From an uncultured Candidatus Micrarchaeota archaeon (GTDB lineage: Archaea; Micrarchaeota; Micrarchaeia; Norongarragalinales; Norongarragalinaceae): a DNA stretch of 38,954 nucleotides. The stretch covers positions 1 through 38,954 of the forward strand of contig CAITNU010000072.1 of NCBI GenBank assembly GCA_903893865.1, read 5' to 3'. How positions within the stretch are numbered: position 1 is the first letter of the stretch; each line of letters starts with the position of its first letter. Below the pieces are notes generated by a model, which saw only the letters and a list, made by a program, of their open reading frames with translations, was not told the origin of the DNA and ran no database searches. Shown one piece after another: positions 9,903 through 17,602 of the stretch. The position numbers were made by a program, and so were the translations under genes.

Positions 9903-10714
9903 TTTATCATCGTTCCGATAACGCTTTTTCCGAGCAGCGCGTCTCGCACGCGCCCTGCGGCGAGCCCATTAACAACTAGTATTTCAGTGTTTTTTGTTAA
10001 TGCTGCGATTTCGCGTAACTTGTTTATTTTTCCGAGCATTCCGCCGGTGACGTCCGCCACAGCGCGGCTTGCGCCCAGCCATTGGCTGACTTCAGCGTAA
10101 TTCTTCTTGTTGATTTCGGGGACGAGCGGAGCAATGCCTGCCGCGGCTTCGTTCGGATTGCCTGCGAATACGCCGTCGACTTCGCCGGCAACCACTATTC
10201 GATTCGGCTTTAATTCTTCGGCGAGGAACGCGAAGATTTCTTCGGTTGGAAGAATGCACATTCCGCGTTTTTCATCTATTGCGACGTCTCCGTAAACGCA
10301 CGGCACGAGTCCGAGCTCCAAGATTTTTTTGAGCGGCGTTAAATCCCATTTGACGATGCGCGATTCGCGCGCGATTGCGCCGGCGCTCGGGTGAATGCTG
10401 CAAGCGTTTACGCCCGCGCTTAGCAGGGCGTTCACGACGATTCGGTTGAGGCGTGCCGCGGCGTCTTGCACTTCCGCGAACCCGCGCACGCTTTGAGGAC
10501 CCAAATAACCCTTATGAGTTTGAAACTTGTGAGCGGGACCGTGAGGAAAACTTCCTCCTCCATTACCAATTATCAATTCGAAGTGTTTGGCTTTGCGGGC
10601 TTCAGCGATTTCGCGGCATAATCGCGCGATTACAGTTGGCCGCGTCGTGAACGGCTTCGTTTTGTCGGTAATGAGCGAGCCGCCGAGCTTGAGGAAAACG
10701 ATTTCGCGCTTCAT
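9899..10714 (-). CDS. ipk: Isopentenyl phosphate kinase (amino acid kinase family)
   Basis: LKLGGSLITDK, GGGSFPH, YGDV, DGVF and DVTGGMLGK motifs. Confidence 0.9.
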   Translation of the reverse strand: MKREIVFLKLGGSLITDKTKPFTTRPTVIARLCREIAEARKAKHFELIIGNGGGSFPHGPAHKFQTHKGYLGPQSVRGFAEVQDAAARLNRIVVNALLSAGVNACSIHPSAGAIARESRIVKWDLTPLKKILELGLVPCVYGDVAIDEKRGMCILPTEEIFAFLAEELKPNRIVVAGEVDGVFAGNPNEAAAGIAPLVPEINKKNYAEVSQWLGASRAVADVTGGMLGKINKLREIAALTKNTEILVVNGLAAGRVRDALLGKSVIGTMIK

Positions 10715-10733
10715 GGTAATACCTTCGAATATT

Positions 10734-11309
10734 TCATTTCAGAAAATTGCGGCCTTTCTTGCTTTTGGCTAAAAGCTTTACTGCCAAGCGGAACCAAACC
10801 GCGTACTTCTTGGGTTTCGCGCGGATTTCAGCGAGCGCCTTGCCGGCTTTCAGAAAAATGAGTTTTCCGGAAACCTCTTTCGGGTTCGGCTTGAACTTTC
10901 CCGCGTGCTTGACTACGCTAACCAAGCAGAACTCGTTTTCGCACGTTCCGTCAGGGTAATGCTCCTCGTAAGAAAAACCGCCGAAATGAGTAAACGCGCG
11001 CGGCGCGAAGCCGTACTCTTCTTTGAGGCAGCGGCGTATTGCTTTTTCTTTCGTTTCGCCCGCGAGCACGTGACTGACTGGCGTATCGAGCACGCCGCCG
11101 CCGACTTTGCGGCGCGGCCGCTTGTGGAGAACGAATTCGCCGCGTTCGTTCAAAACGAGGATTGCGAACGCGAGGTGTTTTACTCCCGGAGTCGTGTGCG
11201 CTTCCCACCGCTTGACTTTTGCGCCAGTCAGGCGGCCGCTGGGCGTGGCGGCGTAAAGAACCTGGTTCGCTTTGTGCGCGTCTTTGTGCAAGTTCATAAG
11301 CGTATTCAC
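10734..11309 (-). CDS. Type 1 (Nudix-fold) isopentenyl-diphosphate isomerase-like protein
   Basis: AH...HLAF, SH..GE, RCLKEEYG, ENEFC and a C-terminal W match the IDI-1 layout; adjacent to ipk; the catalytic Cys position appears substituted. Confidence 0.7.
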   Translation of the reverse strand: MNTLMNLHKDAHKANQVLYAATPSGRLTGAKVKRWEAHTTPGVKHLAFAILVLNERGEFVLHKRPRRKVGGGVLDTPVSHVLAGETKEKAIRRCLKEEYGFAPRAFTHFGGFSYEEHYPDGTCENEFCLVSVVKHAGKFKPNPKEVSGKLIFLKAGKALAEIRAKPKKYAVWFRLAVKLLAKSKKGRNFLK

Positions 11310-11347
11310 GAGCGTGCTTAATTTAAACGTTCGCGAGGAAGCGCCGT

Positions 11348-11794
11348 TTACAAAGCGTATTTTTTTCTCAACGCATTCAATATCGCTTCAGCGTATTTAG
11401 TGTACGAATACGTTTTCCTCGGTTGCAAAGTTTTTTCTTTAATTCCGTGCTTGCTAACGAATTCATCTATAGCTTCTTTGCTAATGGTGGGTGGGAAAAC
11501 AAACACGAACGGCGATTTAAGTGCGTCTATTTTTGTGTGAGTAAGGTAAGCGACGCTAAGGCGCGTAATTCCCGTTTCATCATAGTACGGTCTTAGTGGA
11601 ACTTCTTTAGGAGAAGAAAAAGAAGATATAACGCCAAGGGAAATATTGATTTTTTCTCTCAAATTAGTTTTTTTTTCGATAAGTTTGAGTAGCTCTTGTG
11701 CCAGAATCTGCGACGTACCTGCCCCCGAGTGGCACATACAAATAATGTGCAACTGTTTACCCGAGCCCAATGCGGCTTTTCTAGGTGAATTCAT
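11348..11794 (-). CDS. Hypothetical protein with PTS EIIB-like CxxGxGTS loop
   Basis: IICMCHSGAGTSQILAQEL; ATG 11794 after an AGGTG SD-like sequence; AT-rich. Confidence 0.55.
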   Translation of the reverse strand: MNSPRKAALGSGKQLHIICMCHSGAGTSQILAQELLKLIEKKTNLREKINISLGVISSFSSPKEVPLRPYYDETGITRLSVAYLTHTKIDALKSPFVFVFPPTISKEAIDEFVSKHGIKEKTLQPRKTYSYTKYAEAILNALRKKYAL

Positions 11795-11805
11795 GGGCAA
11801 CACCT

Positions 11806-12594
11806 TCAAATTTTTTCGTACTTAAAACCGATTTCTTCGAGCGAACGGAGCAGTGAGCTCCGGTTGTCCGCGCCGCAGCCCTTCCAATCGATGAGCGCGC
11901 ACTCGACTGGCTCCGCCGTTGCCGCTATCGCCGCACGAATCGTTTCTGTTCTAACGTTTTCAAGCAAGTGTTTCGGGCAAATGTGCGACGCGGCGTAGCC
12001 TTGCTCGAGCACTTTATCGTAAGAAGGAACATAGTGGCCGCCACCAAACAAAACTGAGACTTTGCCTATGGCGTCGCTCCAGCCTCGCGCGACTTCCTCG
12101 ACGCAACCGGCAGCTAGGCGGCACGCGTCTTCGTTGCGCCACTCGGCTTCAGTGCTGCCGACTTCGATGAAGAGCGAGGGAATCGCGAGCGAGAAAGGCC
12201 CGTGGTGCGTTGCTTCCCGCGCCGCCTCGAATCCTTCGAGGGGGTTGCGGAGAAAGAATTCGCTTGCGGCTTTCAGCGCGAAAGCGCTTGTTTTCGAAAA
12301 ACGCGAGTGTCCCCAATCGCCGGTTGCGTGCGTGGTAAAGCACGGTTTGCCGCTTTCACTGGCGTGCCGCGAGGCGAAAACGAACAAGTCGCTGTAAAAA
12401 TAGTCGCCGATGAATTCGGCTTCGATTAATCGCGAATCGATTTCGACGAGTTCTGCGTAGTCGCTGGACCAGCCTTTGAAAGAGCGGCCGCGCTCCGTCA
12501 CGTCGTGGCGTTGCGCGAATCCGTGCTCGTCGCGAAGCGCGTTCGCGATTCCGCAGCCTGCGACGTCTTGCGTCGAGTAAAATACTATCGGCGT
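11806..12594 (-). CDS. dtdA: D-aminoacyl-tRNA deacylase (archaeal DTD2/DtdA)
   Basis: FASRHASESGKPCFTTHATG, EATHHGP, FIEVGSTE, GGGHY and SHICPK motifs; the frame stays open upstream of 12501 through a family-like N-terminus (PIVFYSTQDVAG) to an ACG at 12594. Confidence 0.88.
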   Translation of the reverse strand, partial: TPIVFYSTQDVAGCGIANALRDEHGFAQRHDVTERGRSFKGWSSDYAELVEIDSRLIEAEFIGDYFYSDLFVFASRHASESGKPCFTTHATGDWGHSRFSKTSAFALKAASEFFLRNPLEGFEAAREATHHGPFSLAIPSLFIEVGSTEAEWRNEDACRLAAGCVEEVARGWSDAIGKVSVLFGGGHYVPSYDKVLEQGYAASHICPKHLLENVRTETIRAAIAATAEPVECALIDWKGCGADNRSSLLRSLEEIGFKYEKI

Positions 12595-13292
12595 TTGGTT
12601 TCACCTCTTAGAGTTCTTTGCATCGCTTCGTGTATCGTTTTAGCTATTGTTTCAGCTGTTTTTTCGCTGAAAACACCCTGTCGCTCTGTTTCGCCCACGT
12701 CTATCGTGCGGTGCGTGTATTGTTCTTTTACCCATTTCTGCGTGTTAGGATGCAGTTTTCTCAGAAACTTTTCAATGCCAACGTCTACGTTACGCATTGG
12801 TTTGTATGCCGCAAACAAATCAATGCCGAAATTCATTGGGTTCTCTTCTATTCCGCGAGGATAGCAGTATATTCTTCGATGCAGGTACGACTCGTTGGAT
12901 TCCGTAGCATGAAGCGCCAGGACCAAAGCATTTTCGTGTTTTCGGCGGGCTTCCCTCAAGATTTCCGTAGTTGCTTTATCCATTACTTTTCGTATTAATT
13001 CATCGCTTTTATCATTGGAGTTTATTAGTTTGCGCAACCGCGTTGGCTTTTTTCCAAGCTCCTTAAATCTTCCTAAAACGGTTTGTTCGATGGGCACCTC
13101 GTGGATGATCGTCTCGTAGCCGAGTTCTTGAAATTTTTTTTGCAACGTTTTCGTGAAAGATCTGTAGTGCTCGTTTGGGTGTTCGCCTACGACTAAAACT
13201 ATTTTTCTCGCAGACCACTTGAACTCTTTAGGCCCGCCCAGTACTACTGTAGTGGGCATCCGAGACACTTCATAATTTAGCGCGGGCACCAT
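12585..13292 (-). CDS. Hypothetical protein, M14/AstE zinc-peptidase-like motifs
   Basis: VVGEHPNE (HxxE) and LALHA motifs; AT-rich orphan. Confidence 0.5.
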   Translation of the reverse strand: MVPALNYEVSRMPTTVVLGGPKEFKWSARKIVLVVGEHPNEHYRSFTKTLQKKFQELGYETIIHEVPIEQTVLGRFKELGKKPTRLRKLINSNDKSDELIRKVMDKATTEILREARRKHENALVLALHATESNESYLHRRIYCYPRGIEENPMNFGIDLFAAYKPMRNVDVGIEKFLRKLHPNTQKWVKEQYTHRTIDVGETERQGVFSEKTAETIAKTIHEAMQRTLRGETKRR

Positions 13293-13353
13293 ACCATAAC
13301 CTCAAGTCTTACTGCAAGACGCTTTTATTTAGTAATGAGGGCTAATTGTTTTT

Positions 13354-14154
13354 ATGACTTCCGTTGACGACGACGTGTTCGACCGCCAAAAACGCGTGCG
13401 CGGGTGGAACCAGGACGCGCTCGAGCGTTCGCGCGTTCTCGTAGTCGGCGCGGGTGCGCTAGGCAACGAAGTCTTGAAACTGCTCCTGCAACTCGGTGCG
13501 CGCAAGATTACGATTGTTGATAATGATTCGATAGTCAAAGCCAACCTCAACAGGTGCGTGTTCTTTACCCCAGAAGATGCCGAGCGCGGTACGCTCAAAG
13601 TTGACGCGTTGAAGCGGGAAGCCAAGCGGTTGTTCCCGCAAGCGGATGTCTTGGCGTTGCCTAAACTCATCGAACAGCTCCCAGAAAGTTTTTACGACGG
13701 CTTCGACTGCGCCTTCGGTTGCCTAGACAATTTGGGCGCGCGCTTGCATCTCAACGCTTTCGCTTACGGCAAAGTTCCGCTGATTGATGGTGGGACGACG
13801 GGCTTCCTCGGGAAAGTTCAAGTAGTCGACGCGCCGAGCGCGTGTTTGGAATGCGGTTTGGCTAAGCGCGATTACAAGCTGCTTTGGCTGAAATACTCTT
13901 GCACTGGCGACGAAATCGATTGGTTGAACCCGAAAATGCCCGCGCTGCCGACTACGACGAGCGTAGTCGCGGGAATGCAAGTAGAGGAATTCCTGAAACT
14001 GCTTTTCTCGCAAGCCGAAGGAGCGCCGAAGGACATGTTAGAGGCTGCGGCCGAGCACTCGCTCGTTGGAAAATATTTGCTTTACGACGCGTTGCGGCGC
14101 GAGGCGCGCGTTTTCGAAATCCCGAAGCGCAAGACGTGCCCGGTTCACGGTTAG
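13354..14154 (+). CDS. Ubiquitin-activating E1-like enzyme (ThiF/UBA family)
   Basis: FDRQ, VVGAGALGNEVLK, D.IVKANLNR, LDNLGARLHLN, PLIDGGTTGFLG, CLEC, candidate catalytic Cys in YSC, and C-terminal CPVH. Confidence 0.9.
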   Translation: MTSVDDDVFDRQKRVRGWNQDALERSRVLVVGAGALGNEVLKLLLQLGARKITIVDNDSIVKANLNRCVFFTPEDAERGTLKVDALKREAKRLFPQADVLALPKLIEQLPESFYDGFDCAFGCLDNLGARLHLNAFAYGKVPLIDGGTTGFLGKVQVVDAPSACLECGLAKRDYKLLWLKYSCTGDEIDWLNPKMPALPTTTSVVAGMQVEEFLKLLFSQAEGAPKDMLEAAAEHSLVGKYLLYDALRREARVFEIPKRKTCPVHG

Positions 14155-14882
14155 CGGTGTTTTACTGCGAGTACGGTAGTTTCCATTCCAAAGTATTTGT
14201 TTGGACCGCTGCGAACATTCAAGTCCCTACTCAATAATGTTCTTCTAACGCGGTTCCTTACAGGTTTAAGGTAATAAAACAGGCCTAAAACATGACTTGA
14301 GTATGCATTTGTTCCGCCGCGTTTTACTATCGCGAAACCCGCGGTTTGCAGTTCTTGCTCGAGTTTTCTTCTAGTAAGTTCCGCCATTCTTCCGTAAGCC
14401 CATCGTCCAGTTATTTGTTGAATCGCTTTGTTGGTGCGATACGGAATACTTTCTGGATTTGGAACGGTTATAACCAATCTTCCTCCCGGTTTTAGTTTTT
14501 TGTATATTTGCCCAAGTATTTTGAGGCGGTCTCTTTCACGGTGATGTTCAATCATGCCTTCCGAGTAGAACGCATCGACGGTTTCCATCGGAATATCAAG
14601 TCGCATCGCATTCCCGCGAATTATTTGTGCATCCACGTTTAACCCGCGTGCTGTTTTTGCGGCTTGTTTTAGTGCTTCTTGACTTTCATCAACTAGAATC
14701 AAGCGGGCGTTCGTTTTGGCTGCAAACCGGATAGTTCCTTCGGCTCTTCCACAACCAACGTCGACAAGCACTTTATTCCCCATTTCTGGTAAAAGAGTTA
14801 GTAATGTTATGAGGTTTCTTTGTGGACGTCCTGGCAATTGCTTGTTTGACCGCCAAAACTCGTCCCAATCGTGTTGCGCCAT
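14151..14882 (-). CDS. Class I SAM-dependent methyltransferase
   Basis: LVDVGCGRAEG, EGMIEH and LKPGGRLVITVPN motifs; likely start ATG 14882 (MAQHDW); AT-rich. Confidence 0.85.
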   Translation of the reverse strand: MAQHDWDEFWRSNKQLPGRPQRNLITLLTLLPEMGNKVLVDVGCGRAEGTIRFAAKTNARLILVDESQEALKQAAKTARGLNVDAQIIRGNAMRLDIPMETVDAFYSEGMIEHHRERDRLKILGQIYKKLKPGGRLVITVPNPESIPYRTNKAIQQITGRWAYGRMAELTRRKLEQELQTAGFAIVKRGGTNAYSSHVLGLFYYLKPVRNRVRRTLLSRDLNVRSGPNKYFGMETTVLAVKHR

Positions 14883-14890
14883 ATTAAAAC

Positions 14891-15976
14891 CTAGAACACG
14901 TTTTTGAGTTGCTTCACGGCTTCTTCCGAGCGAGCGTCCATCGCGAGCTTTAACTTCTTTCCGCAGCGAACGCAATTGCCGCCGCGCTCGTCAGCCGCCA
15001 GCGTTTCGTAGCAGTCCTTGTGGTAAGCAGCTCCGCAGAAGCAGTGCCCGTACTTTGCGGTTGCACCCGCGCTTGCGGCGCTGGCGCCGACAGCGATTTT
15101 GAATGGCGCGCGACAGAGTTCGCAGACCTCCGTTTCCCCGACTCGCATCGCCGCGCCTTTAGCGATTTCCGCTTCGAGCGCTTTCTTTAGTTCAACCTCG
15201 TTTTTGGAAACCGCATCGACTTCGAGCGGCGGATGCGGCTTGAATTCCTTTTTCGGCGTTTGCTTGAACGGTTGCTTTAGTTTTTGCTCTTTCTGTTCCT
15301 TTTGCTCTCTCGGCTTGGCTTGCGCTCCGTTCGGTGCGCCTTTCTTGAACGCGTCCTCGAGGTCGATTTCTTTTTCCTTTTCGCCGAGCGACGCGCTGAA
15401 CAGTTCGCGTTCTTCGGACATCGCGCGCTGCAACACATCCTTCTCCATGCCTTCCTTCTTTTCTTTTTCGCGCTGCTCTTCCTCCGTCTTCAGCAGCGTT
15501 TGCCTCGCGTCCCAAACAACGTTCGCGGCGTTCGCAGCCTCTTCCGCTTCGCCTGCTTTTTCCAAGGTTTTTTTGAAGAAACTCGAGAAAACGTCGAAGC
15601 CCTTAACGGTGAAGCTCAAATAATCGTTGTCGAATTTTCCGCGCACGAGCAATCCTTCTTCGCACAAGCGCGAGAGCTCGGCCTCGAACTCGCCCGCGTC
15701 GACTCGCAGCGCATCGCGAATGTTTTGCGCGCTTCGCTCGCCTCGCACGACTAGTTTCGCTATGGTCTTGTCGAACTTCGAAACAACGAATTTTTTCTTG
15801 CGGGGCTTGCGGGCAGCCTTCGGCTTTTCGGTTTTTTCAGTTGTTTCGCTTGTCTCGGCGGTTTTCGGAATCACTTGCGTTTCGTCAGCGGCAAGCGGCA
15901 CATCGATTAACGATTTAAGTTTCGCCTCGCGCTTTCGCTTGGGCTTCTGCGGTTCGAATGAAGGCAATGGTTCCAT
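14891..15976 (-). CDS. wHTH + C-terminal C4HC3 RING-like protein (candidate E3 ligase)
   Basis: CELC-x~24-CFC-x4-HKDC-x12-CVRC; N-terminal wHTH-like segment (SAQNIRDAL...EFEAELSRLCEEGLL...SFTVKG); charged linker. Confidence 0.72.
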   Translation of the reverse strand: MEPLPSFEPQKPKRKREAKLKSLIDVPLAADETQVIPKTAETSETTEKTEKPKAARKPRKKKFVVSKFDKTIAKLVVRGERSAQNIRDALRVDAGEFEAELSRLCEEGLLVRGKFDNDYLSFTVKGFDVFSSFFKKTLEKAGEAEEAANAANVVWDARQTLLKTEEEQREKEKKEGMEKDVLQRAMSEERELFSASLGEKEKEIDLEDAFKKGAPNGAQAKPREQKEQKEQKLKQPFKQTPKKEFKPHPPLEVDAVSKNEVELKKALEAEIAKGAAMRVGETEVCELCRAPFKIAVGASAASAGATAKYGHCFCGAAYHKDCYETLAADERGGNCVRCGKKLKLAMDARSEEAVKQLKNVF

Positions 15977-15980
15977 TGTT

Positions 15981-16457
15981 TTAATCACGCTTTCTTGCGA
16001 TTACTGCGTAACTCGCTTCGCGACACTCGCCGCCGGCGTCAAGCTTGAACACGCGCTTTTCGCGGTTGACTGGATCGATTACTAACGCGACTTGAAAATT
16101 TTCCTGAAAAAAAGCGCGTTGCGCTTTCTCGTCCGCCGAACTCATAAAGCAGCCGTAGCCCGGGTGCGAGTGGCACCAGCCGACAATGATTTTACCGTCG
16201 CGCTTTGCGAGGCTTGAAGCGATTTCAGCTATTCCCTCGCTTTCGAGGCGCGTCGTCGCTGCGGTGCTGTTGTTTTTTCCAGTGAGGTAATCGCTGACGA
16301 CGACGAATTCGCTTCCCTCCCAAACGCCTGCTTCGCCTGCGAGCAAACCCATTGCTTCGTTGCCGCTTTCAGCTGCTGTTTCGAAATGCTTTAGCGCTTT
16401 GCGCAGCGCGCGTTCCTCAATGTACGCCTCAAAAATTTGCTTCATTATTTTTTTCAA
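15981..16457 (-). CDS. JAB1/MPN+ (JAMM) metallo-isopeptidase, Rpn11-like
   Basis: EAMGLLAG; IVGWCHSHPGYGCFMSSAD..AQ; ALVIDP (complete E...HxH-x7-S-x2-D motif). Confidence 0.92.
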   Translation of the reverse strand: MKKIMKQIFEAYIEERALRKALKHFETAAESGNEAMGLLAGEAGVWEGSEFVVVSDYLTGKNNSTAATTRLESEGIAEIASSLAKRDGKIIVGWCHSHPGYGCFMSSADEKAQRAFFQENFQVALVIDPVNREKRVFKLDAGGECREASYAVIARKRD

Positions 16458-16503
16458 CCGTTTTAGTTTTTCGGTGCAGCGTTTTCTGTTCGGGGGTTTC
16501 GTT

Positions 16504-17226
16504 TTACTGGAAGCCGAAGGCCGCCTTGAGTTTGCCGAAGAAGCCGAGCTGCTTCTTTTTCTGTTCTTCGTGCTGCAGCCAAAGCCTGCGCGCTTCCTCG
16601 ACGCGCACTTCCTTGCTCGCCTGCTCTAGAGTCGCGTTAAACGGCGTGCCCGGCTGCGGCACGGTAGGCCAAACGTCTCGCGACGCCTGCTCGTTCATTT
16701 TCTCGATGATTTTCGGCGTTCCTTTTTCCTCGGGTTTAAGCACAGGCTCGGTAATACTTTTGATGACCGGCCTTTTCTTCTCCGGCGCGGCGGGTTTCTC
16801 GACCTCGACGAGGCTCTCTTCTTCTTCCTGTTCTTCTTTTTCTTCCGCGGTTTCTTCCTGCGGTTCCTCCTCGTTTTCTTCTTTCGCTTCATCTTTTTCT
16901 TCAACCGCTTCCGCCGCAGGTGCTTCCGTCGGCGTTTGTTTTTCCCGCATCTCTTCCGCAGTCAGTTCAGTAAGCGATTCTTTCGGCGCCTCTTTAGGCT
17001 CGGGCGTTTCTTGCATTTGTTCTCGCGCTTCTTCAGGCGTTTCTTCCGCCGCGCCTATTGCTTCGCGCACGAGCTCGTCCTGCCGTCGCAGCGCCGCTTC
17101 AGGATGTGTTTTCAGGTATTCGCCGCGCTGCGCTTCCCACGCTTCCAGCGTCTCGTCGCTGACTACGCGGACGATTCGCGGTTTTTTCGTGGATGGCGTC
17201 GTTTGCGCGTCGTTTTCTTCGCTCAT
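16504..17226 (-). CDS. Glu-rich low-complexity hypothetical protein
   Basis: 240 aa, strongly acidic; co-directional with and upstream of the JAB gene. Confidence 0.75.
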   Translation of the reverse strand: MSEENDAQTTPSTKKPRIVRVVSDETLEAWEAQRGEYLKTHPEAALRRQDELVREAIGAAEETPEEAREQMQETPEPKEAPKESLTELTAEEMREKQTPTEAPAAEAVEEKDEAKEENEEEPQEETAEEKEEQEEEESLVEVEKPAAPEKKRPVIKSITEPVLKPEEKGTPKIIEKMNEQASRDVWPTVPQPGTPFNATLEQASKEVRVEEARRLWLQHEEQKKKQLGFFGKLKAAFGFQ

Positions 17227-17326
17227 TTCCCTCTCCCGAAAGCGATTAAAGCAAACGCATTAATAGCAGTTTCGCTTTCCAATAAACGTCGTTAGGTTTT
17301 TCGAATAGTTTTCAGAGGTGGTCTGC

Positions 17327-17572
17327 ATGGCGAACGAATTTAATATCACGGTGACTCACACTACGAGCGGCAAGGAAGTCGTCGTGGCAGTCGAGCCGGA
17401 ATTCACGGTAGGCTCGATTTTAGATGTTTTGACTGAAAGCCTCCAGTTGAAGGACCGCTTCGTACTCGCTTCGACCGACAACAAAGTGTTGAATTCCGAG
17501 GCGAAGGTCGCGGACGCGGGGCTCAAGGAGGGCTCGCGTTTGCTGTTGATGCCCGACCCCACCGGCGGCTAA
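17327..17572 (+). CDS. Ubiquitin-like protein (beta-grasp) with mature C-terminal GG
   Basis: 81 aa; EVVVAVEPEFTV resembles ubiquitin TITLEVEPSDTI; ends LLLMPDPTGG*; SD GAGGTG upstream. Confidence 0.88.
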   Translation: MANEFNITVTHTTSGKEVVVAVEPEFTVGSILDVLTESLQLKDRFVLASTDNKVLNSEAKVADAGLKEGSRLLLMPDPTGG

Positions 17573-17602
17573 AGCAGTCGAATCCCTTAAGAGGTTGCGT
17601 TC

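Noticed and set aside
14151-14882. Methyltransferase as a dedicated component of the ubiquitin system
   Set aside because: Its AT-richer composition matches the scattered orphan class rather than the cassette genes; there is no evidence beyond position, although it may be cotranscribed with the RING gene.
13354-17572. Interpreting E1 + GG-protein as a ThiF/MoeB-ThiS/MoaD or SAMP sulfur-transfer pair
   Set aside because: No thiamine or molybdopterin genes nearby; the Ubl resembles ubiquitin and is directly followed by a true E2, with RING and Rpn11-like JAB genes adjacent.
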